From a virus, in the IMG/VR virus record IMGVR_UViG_3300027763_000027, positions 1 to 64,000 of that record: 64,000 nt of DNA, one strand, 5' to 3'. Below are positions 48,713-58,515 of the stretch, one piece after another (the stretch's first letter is position 1; each line of letters starts with the position of its first letter). The position numbers were made by a program, and so were the translations under genes. The notes beneath the pieces are model-generated. The model had not been told where the DNA came from and did no database searches. It was given only the letters and a program-made list of their open reading frames with translations.

Positions 48713-49034
48713 ATCTTATAAATTCTAACAGAGTTTTAGGTTTTTGGCAAACTTTTTTATCTTCTCCTGTTTTATTTTCATTAAGAACTATTTTTTCTTT
48801 ATTTAAATTAATATTAAAAGATTCATATTCTTTTAACAAGAAAGCCTTACCTTCTGATTTTAAAAACCAAGCTAATGAAGGAGGTGGAGATCCTAGTTCC
48901 TGTAAGTTATCCCAAAAATCAAAAGATTTAAATTTTTTGATTAATCTTTGTGCGATTTTGATTTCTCTTGGCCAATTAATAGTACCTTTTACATATTTTT
49001 TGACTATAAATTGGCAAAGTTTATGGCTATGCAT
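48696..49034 (-). CDS. Hypothetical protein
   Basis: 112 aa; has its own promoter; overlaps the recA start. Confidence 0.7.
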   Translation of the reverse strand: MHSHKLCQFIVKKYVKGTINWPREIKIAQRLIKKFKSFDFWDNLQELGSPPPSLAWFLKSEGKAFLLKEYESFNINLNKEKIVLNENKTGEDKKVCQKPKTLLEFIRYGKKT

Positions 49035-49041
49035 TGATGCT

Positions 49042-49070
49042 ATAATACAATAAATAAATATTAATTACAA
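49042..49070 (-). promoter_or_regulatory. Sigma70-type promoter TTGTAA-17-TATTAT
   Basis: 17-nt spacer; 7 nt to the ATG at 49034. Confidence 0.6.
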
Positions 49071-50136
49071 TCAATTTTTATTCTTTTTTTCCAAGAATCG
49101 GCTATTTCAGATAAGATTAAATCTAAAGATTTTGTTATTTTCCAATTAGGAAAGTGTTTATGAATTTTAGATAAATCTGATATGTAACAAATATGGTCGC
49201 CTTCTCGATTTTTTTCTGTATATTCATATTTCATTTGTTTGCCAGTTATATTTTCTATTTTTGAAAACACCTCCAATATGGAGCAACTATTATCTCTACC
49301 TCCCCCTAAGTTATATACTTCTCCAATTTTTGGAGACTCTATAAAATTCATCATAAAGTTAACTACGTCTAAAGAATGAATATTATCTCTAACTTGTTTC
49401 CCCTTATATCCATAAATTTTAAATACTCTTTGCTCTATATTGCATTTTATTAAATATGATAAAAATCCATGCAACTCAACACTGCTATGGTTTGGCCCCG
49501 TAAGACATCCACCTCTTAAACAGCAAGTTTTCATATTAAAGTATTTACCATATTCTTGAACCATTATATCTGCAGCTAGTTTAGAGGCACCGAAAAGAGA
49601 ATGTTTGCTATTGTCTATCGAAAAGTCTTCGTTAATACCGTTTGCATAATTGTAGTCTTCGTAATCCCATCTTGTTTGTAATTCTCTTAATTTTATTTGA
49701 TTAGGTTTATCTCCATAAACTTTATTAGTGGACATATGTATAAAAATAACATCTGGACAAAACCTTCTAGAGGCTTCTAGCAAATTTAATGTTCCAACAG
49801 CATTTGTATCAAAATCATCGAATGGAATTTTTGCTGCTAAATCATGACTTGGTTGAGCTGCGGTATGAATTATGATATCTGGTTTTAATTTTTCTATTAA
49901 ATTTAATATGCTATTTCTATCTCTTACGTCTATTTCGTGATGTGTGAAATTTTTATATTTCTTTTTTATTTCTAATTGATTCCAACGGGTATCTCCATTA
50001 GGGCCAAAAAATATAGCTCTTTGGTTATTGTCGATCCCATGTACTTCGTAATTCTGTAAATAAAAAAATGATACAGTTTCAGATCCGATTAAACCCGATG
50101 ACCCTGTTATTAAAATTTTTTTTTAAAATTATTCAT
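49061..50136 (-). pseudogene. NAD-dependent sugar epimerase (CDP-paratose 2-epimerase-like), frameshifted at an A9 tract after codon 4
   Basis: ATG at 50136 reads MNNFKKKF-stop; the adjacent frame gives [12 protein letters not shown]...HTAAQPSHD...[11 protein letters not shown] continuous with ORF 49061..49783; T9 on the + strand at 50116-50124. Confidence 0.8.
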
Positions 50137-50139
50137 TCG

Positions 50140-51099
50140 TTATGATAATTGATTTTGTATCCATTCAAAAGTTTGCTTAATACCATTGATTAAAGGTTTG
50201 GATGGTTCCCAATTTAATTTTTGTCTAATTAATTTATTATCGGAGTTTCTGCCCCTAACGCCTAATGGACCAGGAATATTTTTAATTTTTAATTTTTTAC
50301 CACTTAAATTAATAATCATGTTACCAAAATCATTAATTGAAATCATTTCTTCTGATCCAATATTAATTGGGCCTTCAAATTGAGATCTCATTAATTTGAT
50401 TGTCCCTTCTATACATTCATCTATATATAGGAATGATCTAGTTTGTTTTCCATCTCCCCAAATTTCAATATCTTCGCCATCTTTAGCTTCTATTACTTTT
50501 CTGCAAAGTGCAGCTGGAGACTTCTCTTTTCCTCCTTTGTAAGTTCCTTCTGGACCAAAAATATTATGATATCTAGCGATGTGAACGTCTAGGCCATAAT
50601 TTCTTTTGTATGCCAAGTATAGTCTTTCACTAAAAAGTTTTTCCCAACCGTATTCGCTATCTGGTGCTGCTGGATAAGCTGACTCTTCTGAACATTTTGG
50701 GTTATTTGGGTCTAATTGATTATGTTCTGGATAAATGCAAGCAGAAGAACTATAAAAAACTTTTTTTACTTTCTTGATAACTGCTTCGTGAGCTATATTT
50801 AAATTAATTAAAGCTGAATTATGCATAACATTTGCGTCATTCTCTCCAGTGAATATATATCCAGCTCCGCCCATGTCAGCAGCTAATTGATATAATTCAT
50901 CTATATTTTCAGATATGATATTTTTTACAAAAATAGGATCGGTTAAATTGCCAATTAGAAATTCATCCGCTAATGTTTCGGAAAACATAGGCGCTTTTAA
51001 ATCAACACCTCTTACCCAAAATCCTTCGTTTTTTAATTTTCTAACTAAATGCGAACCAATGAATCCGCCTGCACCACAAACAATAGCTTTTTTTTGCAT
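50140..51099 (-). CDS. GDP-mannose 3,5-epimerase-like SDR
   Basis: GAGGFIG, QLAADMGGAG, YSSSACIYP, YGWEK. Confidence 0.85.
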   Translation of the reverse strand: MQKKAIVCGAGGFIGSHLVRKLKNEGFWVRGVDLKAPMFSETLADEFLIGNLTDPIFVKNIISENIDELYQLAADMGGAGYIFTGENDANVMHNSALINLNIAHEAVIKKVKKVFYSSSACIYPEHNQLDPNNPKCSEESAYPAAPDSEYGWEKLFSERLYLAYKRNYGLDVHIARYHNIFGPEGTYKGGKEKSPAALCRKVIEAKDGEDIEIWGDGKQTRSFLYIDECIEGTIKLMRSQFEGPINIGSEEMISINDFGNMIINLSGKKLKIKNIPGPLGVRGRNSDNKLIRQKLNWEPSKPLINGIKQTFEWIQNQLS

Positions 51100-51106
51100 A
51101 TTTTAT

Positions 51107-51135
51107 ATTATATCGTAATATGACTAAAAAATCAA
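51107..51135 (-). promoter_or_regulatory. Sigma70-type promoter TTGATT-17-TATAAT
   Basis: 17-nt spacer; 7 nt to the ATG at 51099. Confidence 0.75.
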
Positions 51136-52253
51136 ATTATATTTCTATACTTAAATATATCTCCATATTTGTTTTTTAAAATCTTTATTATTTCTTTTGT
51201 TTCTATTATGAGTATTTTGTATCCTAAATTATAAAGTTTTAAAGCAAATTTTAATTTTTGAGATTCTTGTAAAATATTTGTGCCTTTCTTGTAGCTCACG
51301 GAGTCTATGGTTATTTCAATGTTTTTATTTGGGTTTTTATTTATAAAATCTATAATTTGATAGTCTAAATGCAAATTGTTTGACTCGTCGCTAGCTTTAC
51401 TTATTACGGCGTTTATATTTTTATAACTGGCGAAGATTGATAATGCTATATTATCTCTAGGAAAACAGGGGCCACCAAATCCATAACCATAATTTAAGTA
51501 TTTGCTTCCAATCCTTGAGTCGTCGCCAATTGCAGATAGAATTTTGTCAGGATTACATTTACTCCTTATCGCTATATCTCCTATCATATTTGCGTAGGCT
51601 ATTTTAGTTGTAAGAAAACAATTTAATGAAATTTTACATATTTCTGCTTCAGTTCTTGACATTCTGTGTATTTTAGGATGATTTATAGTATGTTTTAAAT
51701 AAATTTTTTCTATAATATCTCCAGCTTCAATAGATCCTTCGCCAATTAGAACTATATCGGGAAACATTTGATTTTTAAGTATTGAGCCTTGGGCGATAAA
51801 CTCTGGATTGTAACTAACAATATAATTGTAATTTTTTAATTTTTCTTGAATAGAATCACAATATTCTGGCATCGTAGTAGAAGAAATTATTAAATGTTTT
51901 TTTTCTTTTTGTGTTCCTAATTGAATTAAATTATTTATCAAAATATCTATTTGCTTGTGATCGTATTCTCCATTTTCTAACGAAGGGGTTGGCACTATTA
52001 CAAAAATAATATTTGCGTGATCTATCGTTAATTTTAAATCTAACGTAGCTGTAAAATTAGAGCTTTTTTTTAAAAAATTTTCTACGTTTTTTTCTGAAGA
52101 TTTTAAAGTTTTATTATTTACTAATTTAATGTATTCTTCGTTTACGTCTAATCCTAAAATTTTATACCCAGCTTTCTCTAACGTAAGAGCAAAGCATAAA
52201 CCTAGTTTACCTATTCCTATAATAGATATATTATTAAGTTTCTTTACGTTCAT
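51132..52253 (-). CDS. UDP-glucose/GDP-mannose 6-dehydrogenase family
   Basis: GIGKLG, VPTP, YNPEF, GFGGPCFPRD. Confidence 0.9.
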   Translation of the reverse strand: MNVKKLNNISIIGIGKLGLCFALTLEKAGYKILGLDVNEEYIKLVNNKTLKSSEKNVENFLKKSSNFTATLDLKLTIDHANIIFVIVPTPSLENGEYDHKQIDILINNLIQLGTQKEKKHLIISSTTMPEYCDSIQEKLKNYNYIVSYNPEFIAQGSILKNQMFPDIVLIGEGSIEAGDIIEKIYLKHTINHPKIHRMSRTEAEICKISLNCFLTTKIAYANMIGDIAIRSKCNPDKILSAIGDDSRIGSKYLNYGYGFGGPCFPRDNIALSIFASYKNINAVISKASDESNNLHLDYQIIDFINKNPNKNIEITIDSVSYKKGTNILQESQKLKFALKLYNLGYKILIIETKEIIKILKNKYGDIFKYRNII

Positions 52254-53408
52254 CTATTCTTGGATAAAATAATTTTTAATATCATGTTCAACCATTTTTT
52301 TAATTAAATCATCGAATGTGTCTCTGGGTCTCCACCCTAGTTCTCGCCTAGCTTTTGCGGAATCTCCTAAGAGTAGATCGACTTCTGCTGGTCTATAAAA
52401 TTTAGGATTTATTTGGACAAGAACTTTGTTGTCATCTTCGGAAATATACATGATATGCTCACGCTCACCAACCCATCTACCTCTTATTCCAGCAAAAGAA
52501 AATGCTTTTTCAGTAAACTCTTTAATTGTATGAGATTCATTTGATGAAAAAACATATTCGACGGGTGTTCCATTGTAGCTTTTATTGTAAAAATCCTGAT
52601 TTAGCATCATCCATACGCCTTCTATAAAATTTTCTGCATCGCTCCAATCTCTTCTTGCCTCTATGTTACCTAATTCAAGTGGTTTAAATTGTTCTTTATT
52701 TTTTATTGCATTATAAATTCTTGCTATATTTTTTGTAATTTTTCTAGTTACAAATTCTTCTCCTCGCCTAATTCCTTCGTGATTAAATAACCACCCTTGA
52801 ATTGCGTAGAGGTTATAGGATTCCCTATACACTTTAACTAGTTGCCTGGAGGCTGCTTTGCTTGCCCCATATGGACTCCTCGGTTTTAATGGATGATTTT
52901 CGTCTTGAGGAGTATACTCTACATTTCCAAACTCTTCGCTAGAACCAGCTTGGTAAAGTCTACAAGATGGCTTATAAAGCCTAATCGCTTCAAGGATGTC
53001 TAAAATAGCGGTCGAATTTGTTTGCCAAGTTTGACGGGCGAAATCCCAACTACTGGCTACAAAACTTTGGGCTGCAAAATTAATAAAGTAATCTGGTTGA
53101 AGTTTTTCTATAGTTCTAGATATAGCATGAGAATCTGTTAAATCAAAATTAATAAGATAAAATCTATCAGAATTAATATGTTTAATATTTTTATGATTAT
53201 ACACACTGAGTCTTCTTACTCCACCAAAAATTAGATAATCTGTATTTTTAAGTAAAAAATCAGCCATATGACTTCCATCTTGTCCTGTCACCCCAGTTAT
53301 AACTACAGTTTTCCTTCCGTTAATTATCCTACTGGCATCTTCGATATTAAGAATATTGGAAGTGTCTATTTTTTTGCCATAATAGGTTTCTTGGAAATTA
53401 TTTTTCAT
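52254..53408 (-). CDS. gmd: GDP-mannose 4,6-dehydratase
   Basis: TGVTGQDGS, AAQSFV, PRSPYGASK, LFNHE, FVTRKIT, RPAEVDLLLGD. Confidence 0.93.
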   Translation of the reverse strand: MKNNFQETYYGKKIDTSNILNIEDASRIINGRKTVVITGVTGQDGSHMADFLLKNTDYLIFGGVRRLSVYNHKNIKHINSDRFYLINFDLTDSHAISRTIEKLQPDYFINFAAQSFVASSWDFARQTWQTNSTAILDILEAIRLYKPSCRLYQAGSSEEFGNVEYTPQDENHPLKPRSPYGASKAASRQLVKVYRESYNLYAIQGWLFNHEGIRRGEEFVTRKITKNIARIYNAIKNKEQFKPLELGNIEARRDWSDAENFIEGVWMMLNQDFYNKSYNGTPVEYVFSSNESHTIKEFTEKAFSFAGIRGRWVGEREHIMYISEDDNKVLVQINPKFYRPAEVDLLLGDSAKARRELGWRPRDTFDDLIKKMVEHDIKNYFIQE

Positions 53409-53438
53409 TTATATATAATATAAAAAATACCTTATAAT

Positions 53439-54026
53439 TTATACAATTTGTTTTAATATTAAATCTAAATATAGTGATTTATGTACCCAAAGGTCATCTA
53501 CATGATTATCTGGATGATTACCGTCCCAATCATAGATTAGTTCTTTTAATAAAATATAATTATTTTCTGCGAGTAATTTTCTTGAGGGATTTATTGTGGC
53601 TTTTTGTCTTGCGAAATCTACTTCGTATGTTATAACTCTAAATATATAATCAGATTTCATGATATTCTGTAAAGCAGTTAAAGAAATCTCTGGAGGTTCT
53701 AAATCTAGGCTTAAATAGTCTATTATTTTTGGAGCTTTATATTTTTCTAGCATTTCTTGATAATTTATAATTGTTGCGTCTTGTTTTAAAAAAATAGTAT
53801 TTTTTCTAAACATTTCCCATCCAGTAGCATATGGTTTACCATAAATATCATTTTCAGCTAATTCTATAGCTATTCCCTTCCAGCCTCTATTTCTTTCAAA
53901 AAAACAACTATTACTAAGCTTGTCGTACCATCCAGCCCCAACGTCTAGAAAAAAGCCATTTTCTTTATTTTTTAATAATTGATCTACTATAACGTCTTGT
54001 TGGATTTGAGAATAAGAATGTTTCAT
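53439..54026 (-). CDS. FkbM-family methyltransferase-like protein
   Basis: YSQIQQD, GFFLDVGAG, SNSCFFE..GWKGIAIE, IDYLSLDLE. Confidence 0.8.
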   Translation of the reverse strand: MKHSYSQIQQDVIVDQLLKNKENGFFLDVGAGWYDKLSNSCFFERNRGWKGIAIELAENDIYGKPYATGWEMFRKNTIFLKQDATIINYQEMLEKYKAPKIIDYLSLDLEPPEISLTALQNIMKSDYIFRVITYEVDFARQKATINPSRKLLAENNYILLKELIYDWDGNHPDNHVDDLWVHKSLYLDLILKQIV

Positions 54027-54036
54027 CGGATTTATA

Positions 54037-54879
54037 TTAAAATATAATTAAGCCTTTAGATGGTTTTTTTACTTCCAATGGATGTACAAAGGGTTCAAAT
54101 TTATATATTTTTATTAATTCTGGAAATCGACTTTTTAACATAAGCCAAACGGGTTCATCATGATCTATTAAATTATAACTAAACATTATATTACATTCTT
54201 CATGAAATTTTTCTTGAATAAATTTAAAATTTTTTCTATGGGAAAATATACTACATCCCCATATTTTTTTCCAAAAAAACAAAAACTCCCAATTCCAATC
54301 TGTAGGTAATTTCCATCTTTCTAAAATTTCTGTATAAGCCATCATATGTAGACTATTATTATCTAGAAAACATTCTGTTGGATTATAAGTAAAATCTTTT
54401 GGCATATGACGTTTTTCTCTTAAAATTCCAAAATCTAACCAAGCGTAATATTCATGATTAGATAAATTATTCTCGATAACATAATTAATAATATCTATTT
54501 TTGAATAATTTATTAAATTATACTCTACATGATTTACTTCTGGAGTTGTACCCCTGCAAGGTCTTCTAACTTTTATTTTTTGAAAATAATCAGAATTTAA
54601 TATTTGTTTTGAGATAGTTAAGTTTTTCCAAGCATGAGTATTGTCTATTAAAAACTTTTCATTAATTTTAAATAAAGTAATATTTTTTTTATTTTTTAAT
54701 TCAATTAATTTTTTAAGTTCGGTTTCTATTTTTTCATCATAAAAAAGTATTATATCATTTTTTATATCTAAAAGATTAGAAAAATATTCTAAATATAAGG
54801 ATGGAGTTTTATTTTTTATTAATGAACTTAAATCCAAATATAAAGTGATTATACAAGGTAGATCTAAATTGTTTTCCAT
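54037..54879 (-). CDS. HtrL/YibB-like glycan biosynthesis protein
   Basis: YLEYF, PEV...YNLINYSK, YYAWLDFG, LIDHDE. Confidence 0.65.
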   Translation of the reverse strand: MENNLDLPCIITLYLDLSSLIKNKTPSLYLEYFSNLLDIKNDIILFYDEKIETELKKLIELKNKKNITLFKINEKFLIDNTHAWKNLTISKQILNSDYFQKIKVRRPCRGTTPEVNHVEYNLINYSKIDIINYVIENNLSNHEYYAWLDFGILREKRHMPKDFTYNPTECFLDNNSLHMMAYTEILERWKLPTDWNWEFLFFWKKIWGCSIFSHRKNFKFIQEKFHEECNIMFSYNLIDHDEPVWLMLKSRFPELIKIYKFEPFVHPLEVKKPSKGLIIF

Positions 54880-55658
54880 AAATTAATTTTGGTTTCTTTT
54901 AGGTTTTCTATTTCTAAATCTTTCTTATTTAATGAATGAGAGTTTTTGTCTCCTCCAGTAGCTTTCTCCCAAAAGGGTTTCCAAAAATGGTTTCTTTTAA
55001 TTCTATCATCAAAGTTTGTATACCCTAAGTGATAAATGAATGGATAATCTTTATGTATATATTCGTATGGGTCTTGTAAATTTAAGGCATACATAAGATT
55101 AAGTGTTGGGACTAGATTTGAATTTTCATCTATTAATTCATCTGTGCTAGTTTTATCGTAATCTGGTCTTCCATCTTGCTTGACTCCAAAATTTACTGCT
55201 CCACGATATAGTCCTTTTTTATGAATGTACCATTTAAATCCTATATCTTTATAATGATAAAAGTCTCCATAAAGATTTATGACTGGGACAAAAAAAGCTT
55301 TAACTTGATCTAATGCTAATAATTGCTCGCAAAGTTTAATTAAATAGTTCTTATTTCCACCAAATCTTTCATCAAAATCTTGTAGAATACATATATCACC
55401 TGTGCATCCTTGTAGGGCTGCGTTTACAATTTTACCATAACAAAATGGGTCATCGTAACTAAATTCTGTTGGGATGATTTTTACATTAAAATTATTATCT
55501 TTTACATATTTAGAGATTGTTTCTAAAGATGAATCTTGGCTCTTATTGATAGCCAAACAAACTTCATCTGCATAATATAAGAAGTTTTTGATTGCATCTT
55601 GATAATTAAAATTTTTTTCTATAACATTAAATGCTGTTGAATATATACTAATCTTCAT
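54864..55658 (-). CDS. GT2-like glycosyltransferase (start moved to 55658)
   Basis: SQDSS, LQDFDE DxD motif, YHLGY; ATGA coupling with the upstream stop. Confidence 0.7.
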   Translation of the reverse strand: MKISIYSTAFNVIEKNFNYQDAIKNFLYYADEVCLAINKSQDSSLETISKYVKDNNFNVKIIPTEFSYDDPFCYGKIVNAALQGCTGDICILQDFDERFGGNKNYLIKLCEQLLALDQVKAFFVPVINLYGDFYHYKDIGFKWYIHKKGLYRGAVNFGVKQDGRPDYDKTSTDELIDENSNLVPTLNLMYALNLQDPYEYIHKDYPFIYHLGYTNFDDRIKRNHFWKPFWEKATGGDKNSHSLNKKDLEIENLKETKINLWKTI

Positions 55659-56497
55659 GTTGAAACTCCCCATTTTTCTGCTATTTGTTCAACTGGAACA
55701 TTTCTTATGAAAGATAAGTAATACTTTTGTAGGATTGGTTCTTTATTGAACATATCAGTAAATATCTTATCATTTTCCCATTTATTTGTCAATAAGAAAT
55801 TATGAAGACTTTCTATTGTATAATCTAAATTATATTTAAATGCACAATATTGCCTGAAATTTAACCTGTTCGACTCTAATTCTTGATATTCTTTTATATT
55901 ATTTTCTCGACCTAATAATAGATGATTAGAGCGTCCATATACCCAATAATACTTCAAGTGGTGTTTGTACATATCTTGTTGAGTTCTATTTCCTAATCTA
56001 GTGTTCCAAGTTATTTCTTTATTATCGTCTGTATGCCCAAAATATTGAGCTAAGTCTATTCTTCTTTCTCTATTATTAACTATGCCCCAATGAGGATTAC
56101 CTTGAAAATACATGTCGTCATAATATTTAAATAAAAAACCTTTTCCTAGCCACCAACAAGACGAAATTCTATTGTTGTCTAAATCTTGAACAAAAGATTT
56201 TATGTTTTTAGTAAAATCTGGATTAAGTCTTTCTTCGTCATCCCTTAGTAAAAACCAATCTCCAACTTTCATTGGTCCTTGTCTTAATATTTCATTGTTT
56301 TGAAAATCAAAATCATTTGTCCATGATCTATGTATAATCTTGCCTTTGCCTTTTCTGGATTCTAGTAGTTCTAAACTTCCGTCAGTAGAACCTCCATCAA
56401 CAAAAATTAATCCATCAAAATGACTATAAACATCTTTTGTTAGTCCATCTATTTTATCTTTTTTGTTTTGTGTTATTCCGCATAAATATACATTCAT
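55655..56497 (-). CDS. GT2-like glycosyltransferase
   Basis: VDGGSTDGS, WFLLRDDEE. Confidence 0.8.
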   Translation of the reverse strand: MNVYLCGITQNKKDKIDGLTKDVYSHFDGLIFVDGGSTDGSLELLESRKGKGKIIHRSWTNDFDFQNNEILRQGPMKVGDWFLLRDDEERLNPDFTKNIKSFVQDLDNNRISSCWWLGKGFLFKYYDDMYFQGNPHWGIVNNRERRIDLAQYFGHTDDNKEITWNTRLGNRTQQDMYKHHLKYYWVYGRSNHLLLGRENNIKEYQELESNRLNFRQYCAFKYNLDYTIESLHNFLLTNKWENDKIFTDMFNKEPILQKYYLSFIRNVPVEQIAEKWGVST

Positions 56498-57480
56498 TTG
56501 TTAAACTCCTCTATTAGTTGGTTGTATTCGTTTTTGCAATGAAATTTATCTTTTGCATAATCGAATATTTGTTTTCTATCTATTTTTAATGCTTTATTTT
56601 TTAATCTTTCAAAGTCTTCAAATGTAGACATCGTTAAATCAAAAAACTTAGAATTATTTGTTACTCCACCTTGATCTTCGTCTAAAGATATAACTGGTGC
56701 ACCTCTACTGTAAGATTCTAAGGTAATTATATTACATGACTCTATGAGCCTTGTAAATTGACAAAGCGCAATTGCGTTTGAAAAAACTTTATTTTTGTCT
56801 TCATCTTTTAAAGTTAAATGAAAAGAAAAATTTGGTAAATATAAATTTCTTAGAAAATCTTCTAACTGATCACTATTCCATGGCGCACCATAAGCAACGA
56901 ATTTATCTTCTGGATTTAATTTCGCTAAATTAATAAATAAATCTAAACCTTTTGATTGTAGTCCCCAGCCAAGGCTTGCGCACCATAAGAAATATTTTTT
57001 GCCTTGTTCTTTTTCATCAAAATAATAATCTTCATCAGATAGTCCATGAGGTATAACGCAAGAATATTCCTTATTATAATAATTTTCATAAGATTTCATT
57101 TGATTAAATGATAAAAATCTAGACTTTATATTTTCTGAAGAATAGACTTGGCTTGATGGCCTTTGATTTTTTGCTAAACCAGAGCAGTTTGCGTTTATTG
57201 TTTTTATATTTTTTTTATCTAAGATTTTTAACGAATCTGTGGATAAATTATAGGTTATTACTTTATCGTTTGGATTTATTAAATTCATTGAGTAGAATAT
57301 AAATTCTGATTCAGATTCAGCATTTACGTATATATAATTTTCAAGATTTAATTTTTTACATGATATAATTTGTAATTTTATATTATTACTCTTGCAGTAT
57401 TTGATAAAAGCTTCTATTCTTTTTTCTATTCCTCCAACTTGATCTGCTGGGAATATATTATGGGTATTTAATAAGACCAT
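56494..57480 (-). CDS. Glycosyltransferase family 4
   Basis: GGIE, VIPHG, KG, ESCNIITLESYSRGAPVI. Confidence 0.8.
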   Translation of the reverse strand: MVLLNTHNIFPADQVGGIEKRIEAFIKYCKSNNIKLQIISCKKLNLENYIYVNAESESEFIFYSMNLINPNDKVITYNLSTDSLKILDKKNIKTINANCSGLAKNQRPSSQVYSSENIKSRFLSFNQMKSYENYYNKEYSCVIPHGLSDEDYYFDEKEQGKKYFLWCASLGWGLQSKGLDLFINLAKLNPEDKFVAYGAPWNSDQLEDFLRNLYLPNFSFHLTLKDEDKNKVFSNAIALCQFTRLIESCNIITLESYSRGAPVISLDEDQGGVTNNSKFFDLTMSTFEDFERLKNKALKIDRKQIFDYAKDKFHCKNEYNQLIEEFNK

Positions 57481-57490
57481 ATTCAAGATA

Positions 57491-57646
57491 TTATTTAATA
57501 AAAAAAGATGATTTTTTGCTTTTAGAAAGGTTGGTTTTTATATATTTTTTAGCTAATTGGAATCCTTCTTTTGTTTTAGGGAAAACCCCATGCAAAAATT
57601 TGTCGTTTTTAGAATATATTGCGTAAAATGGCAGCTTTTGCTTCAT
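57491..57646 (-). CDS. Small basic protein, 51 aa (not in the ORF track)
   Basis: MKQKLPFYAIYSKNDKFLHGVFPKTKEGFQLAKKYIKTNLSKSKKSSFFIK fills the gap; TATCAT lies 5 nt upstream. Confidence 0.65.
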   Translation of the reverse strand: MKQKLPFYAIYSKNDKFLHGVFPKTKEGFQLAKKYIKTNLSKSKKSSFFIK

Positions 57647-57700
57647 AATATATGATACAGGAATACTATATATTATTACAAAATTAAATTAATTATGAAT

Positions 57701-58372
57701 TTACGCTAATGTTAAAAGATATTTTAATTGATTTAATGAACTAAGAATTTCATCTCTAATATTTAATAGATCTGAGTCTTTTGAGGGGTCGAGCATATTA
57801 GATAAGCTAATTAAAAATTGAATATATTTATCTGTAAGAGCTATTAAATCTGTATCTTTATAATTAGCTAAAGTAATATTAAATGTATTGACAGCAATCA
57901 CTCTGCCATATTTGCCCATATAAGTTTCAATAAATTCATCGGTATTTTCTACTAGGCTACTTACTATTTCGTCAAATGATTTATGTTGTGAAAATGAGGT
58001 TGTTTGCCAATGTAAGATTTTATATTGGTGTTGCATTTGAAGAAAAGTAGTTTGAATTTTTTCCCCATCTAAAGATTCAGTATTTTTGTTATCTTGGAGA
58101 TCAGATATATCTTGAGCTTTAATTTCTGGAGCTGGTGCAGTCACAGCTGTATTTGTTGGTTCTTTAATTTTATTCATATTTTTAATATCTTCTGTAAAAT
58201 CTACTTCAATTTCGTTTGCTTTGCTTTTCTTTTTGGGATTGCTATAAGTATTTAAGCAAATTGCAACTTGTTGCTTATTTTCCATTTTTGGATTATCTTT
58301 ATTAACCTTATGCATACATCTATTCATATAATCGTGTTGTTTTTCATTTTTGTGCGGTTGAGGTATTGGCAT
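57701..58372 (-). CDS. Ferritin/Dps-like four-helix protein (DUF5856-like) with an extra N-terminal module
   Basis: LHWQT.SFSQHKSFD...DEFIETYMGKYG...LLNIRDEIL...KYLLTL; N-terminal PIPQP...RCM...QQVAIC. Confidence 0.7.
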   Translation of the reverse strand: MPIPQPHKNEKQHDYMNRCMHKVNKDNPKMENKQQVAICLNTYSNPKKKSKANEIEVDFTEDIKNMNKIKEPTNTAVTAPAPEIKAQDISDLQDNKNTESLDGEKIQTTFLQMQHQYKILHWQTTSFSQHKSFDEIVSSLVENTDEFIETYMGKYGRVIAVNTFNITLANYKDTDLIALTDKYIQFLISLSNMLDPSKDSDLLNIRDEILSSLNQLKYLLTLA

Positions 58373-58382
58373 AATACTATTA

Positions 58383-58431
58383 TTACACTTAAATTAATGC
58401 TATTTATTTATGTATTTTGCGCTTGGTGTAA
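58383..58431. promoter_or_regulatory. Divergent GTGTAA motifs (- strand 58383-58388; + strand 58426-58431)
   Basis: 10 nt before the ATG at 58372 (-) and 9 nt before the ATG at 58441 (+). Confidence 0.55.
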
Positions 58432-58440
58432 TGATTTTGT

Positions 58441-58515
58441 ATGACTATTACGACTATATTAATCTGTATTGCTGTTTTTGTTTATATATTTTATCTTATT
58501 GAAAGACTAAAATAA
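58441..58515 (+). CDS. 24-aa single-TM peptide (not in the ORF track)
   Basis: MTITTILICIAVFVYIFYLIERLK; follows GTGTAA; its stop abuts the convergent stop at 58516. Confidence 0.5.
   Translation: MTITTILICIAVFVYIFYLIERLK

Noticed and set aside
3227-51118. Other short antisense or nested ORFs in the track
   Set aside because: They lie within well-supported genes and show no motifs or start signals.
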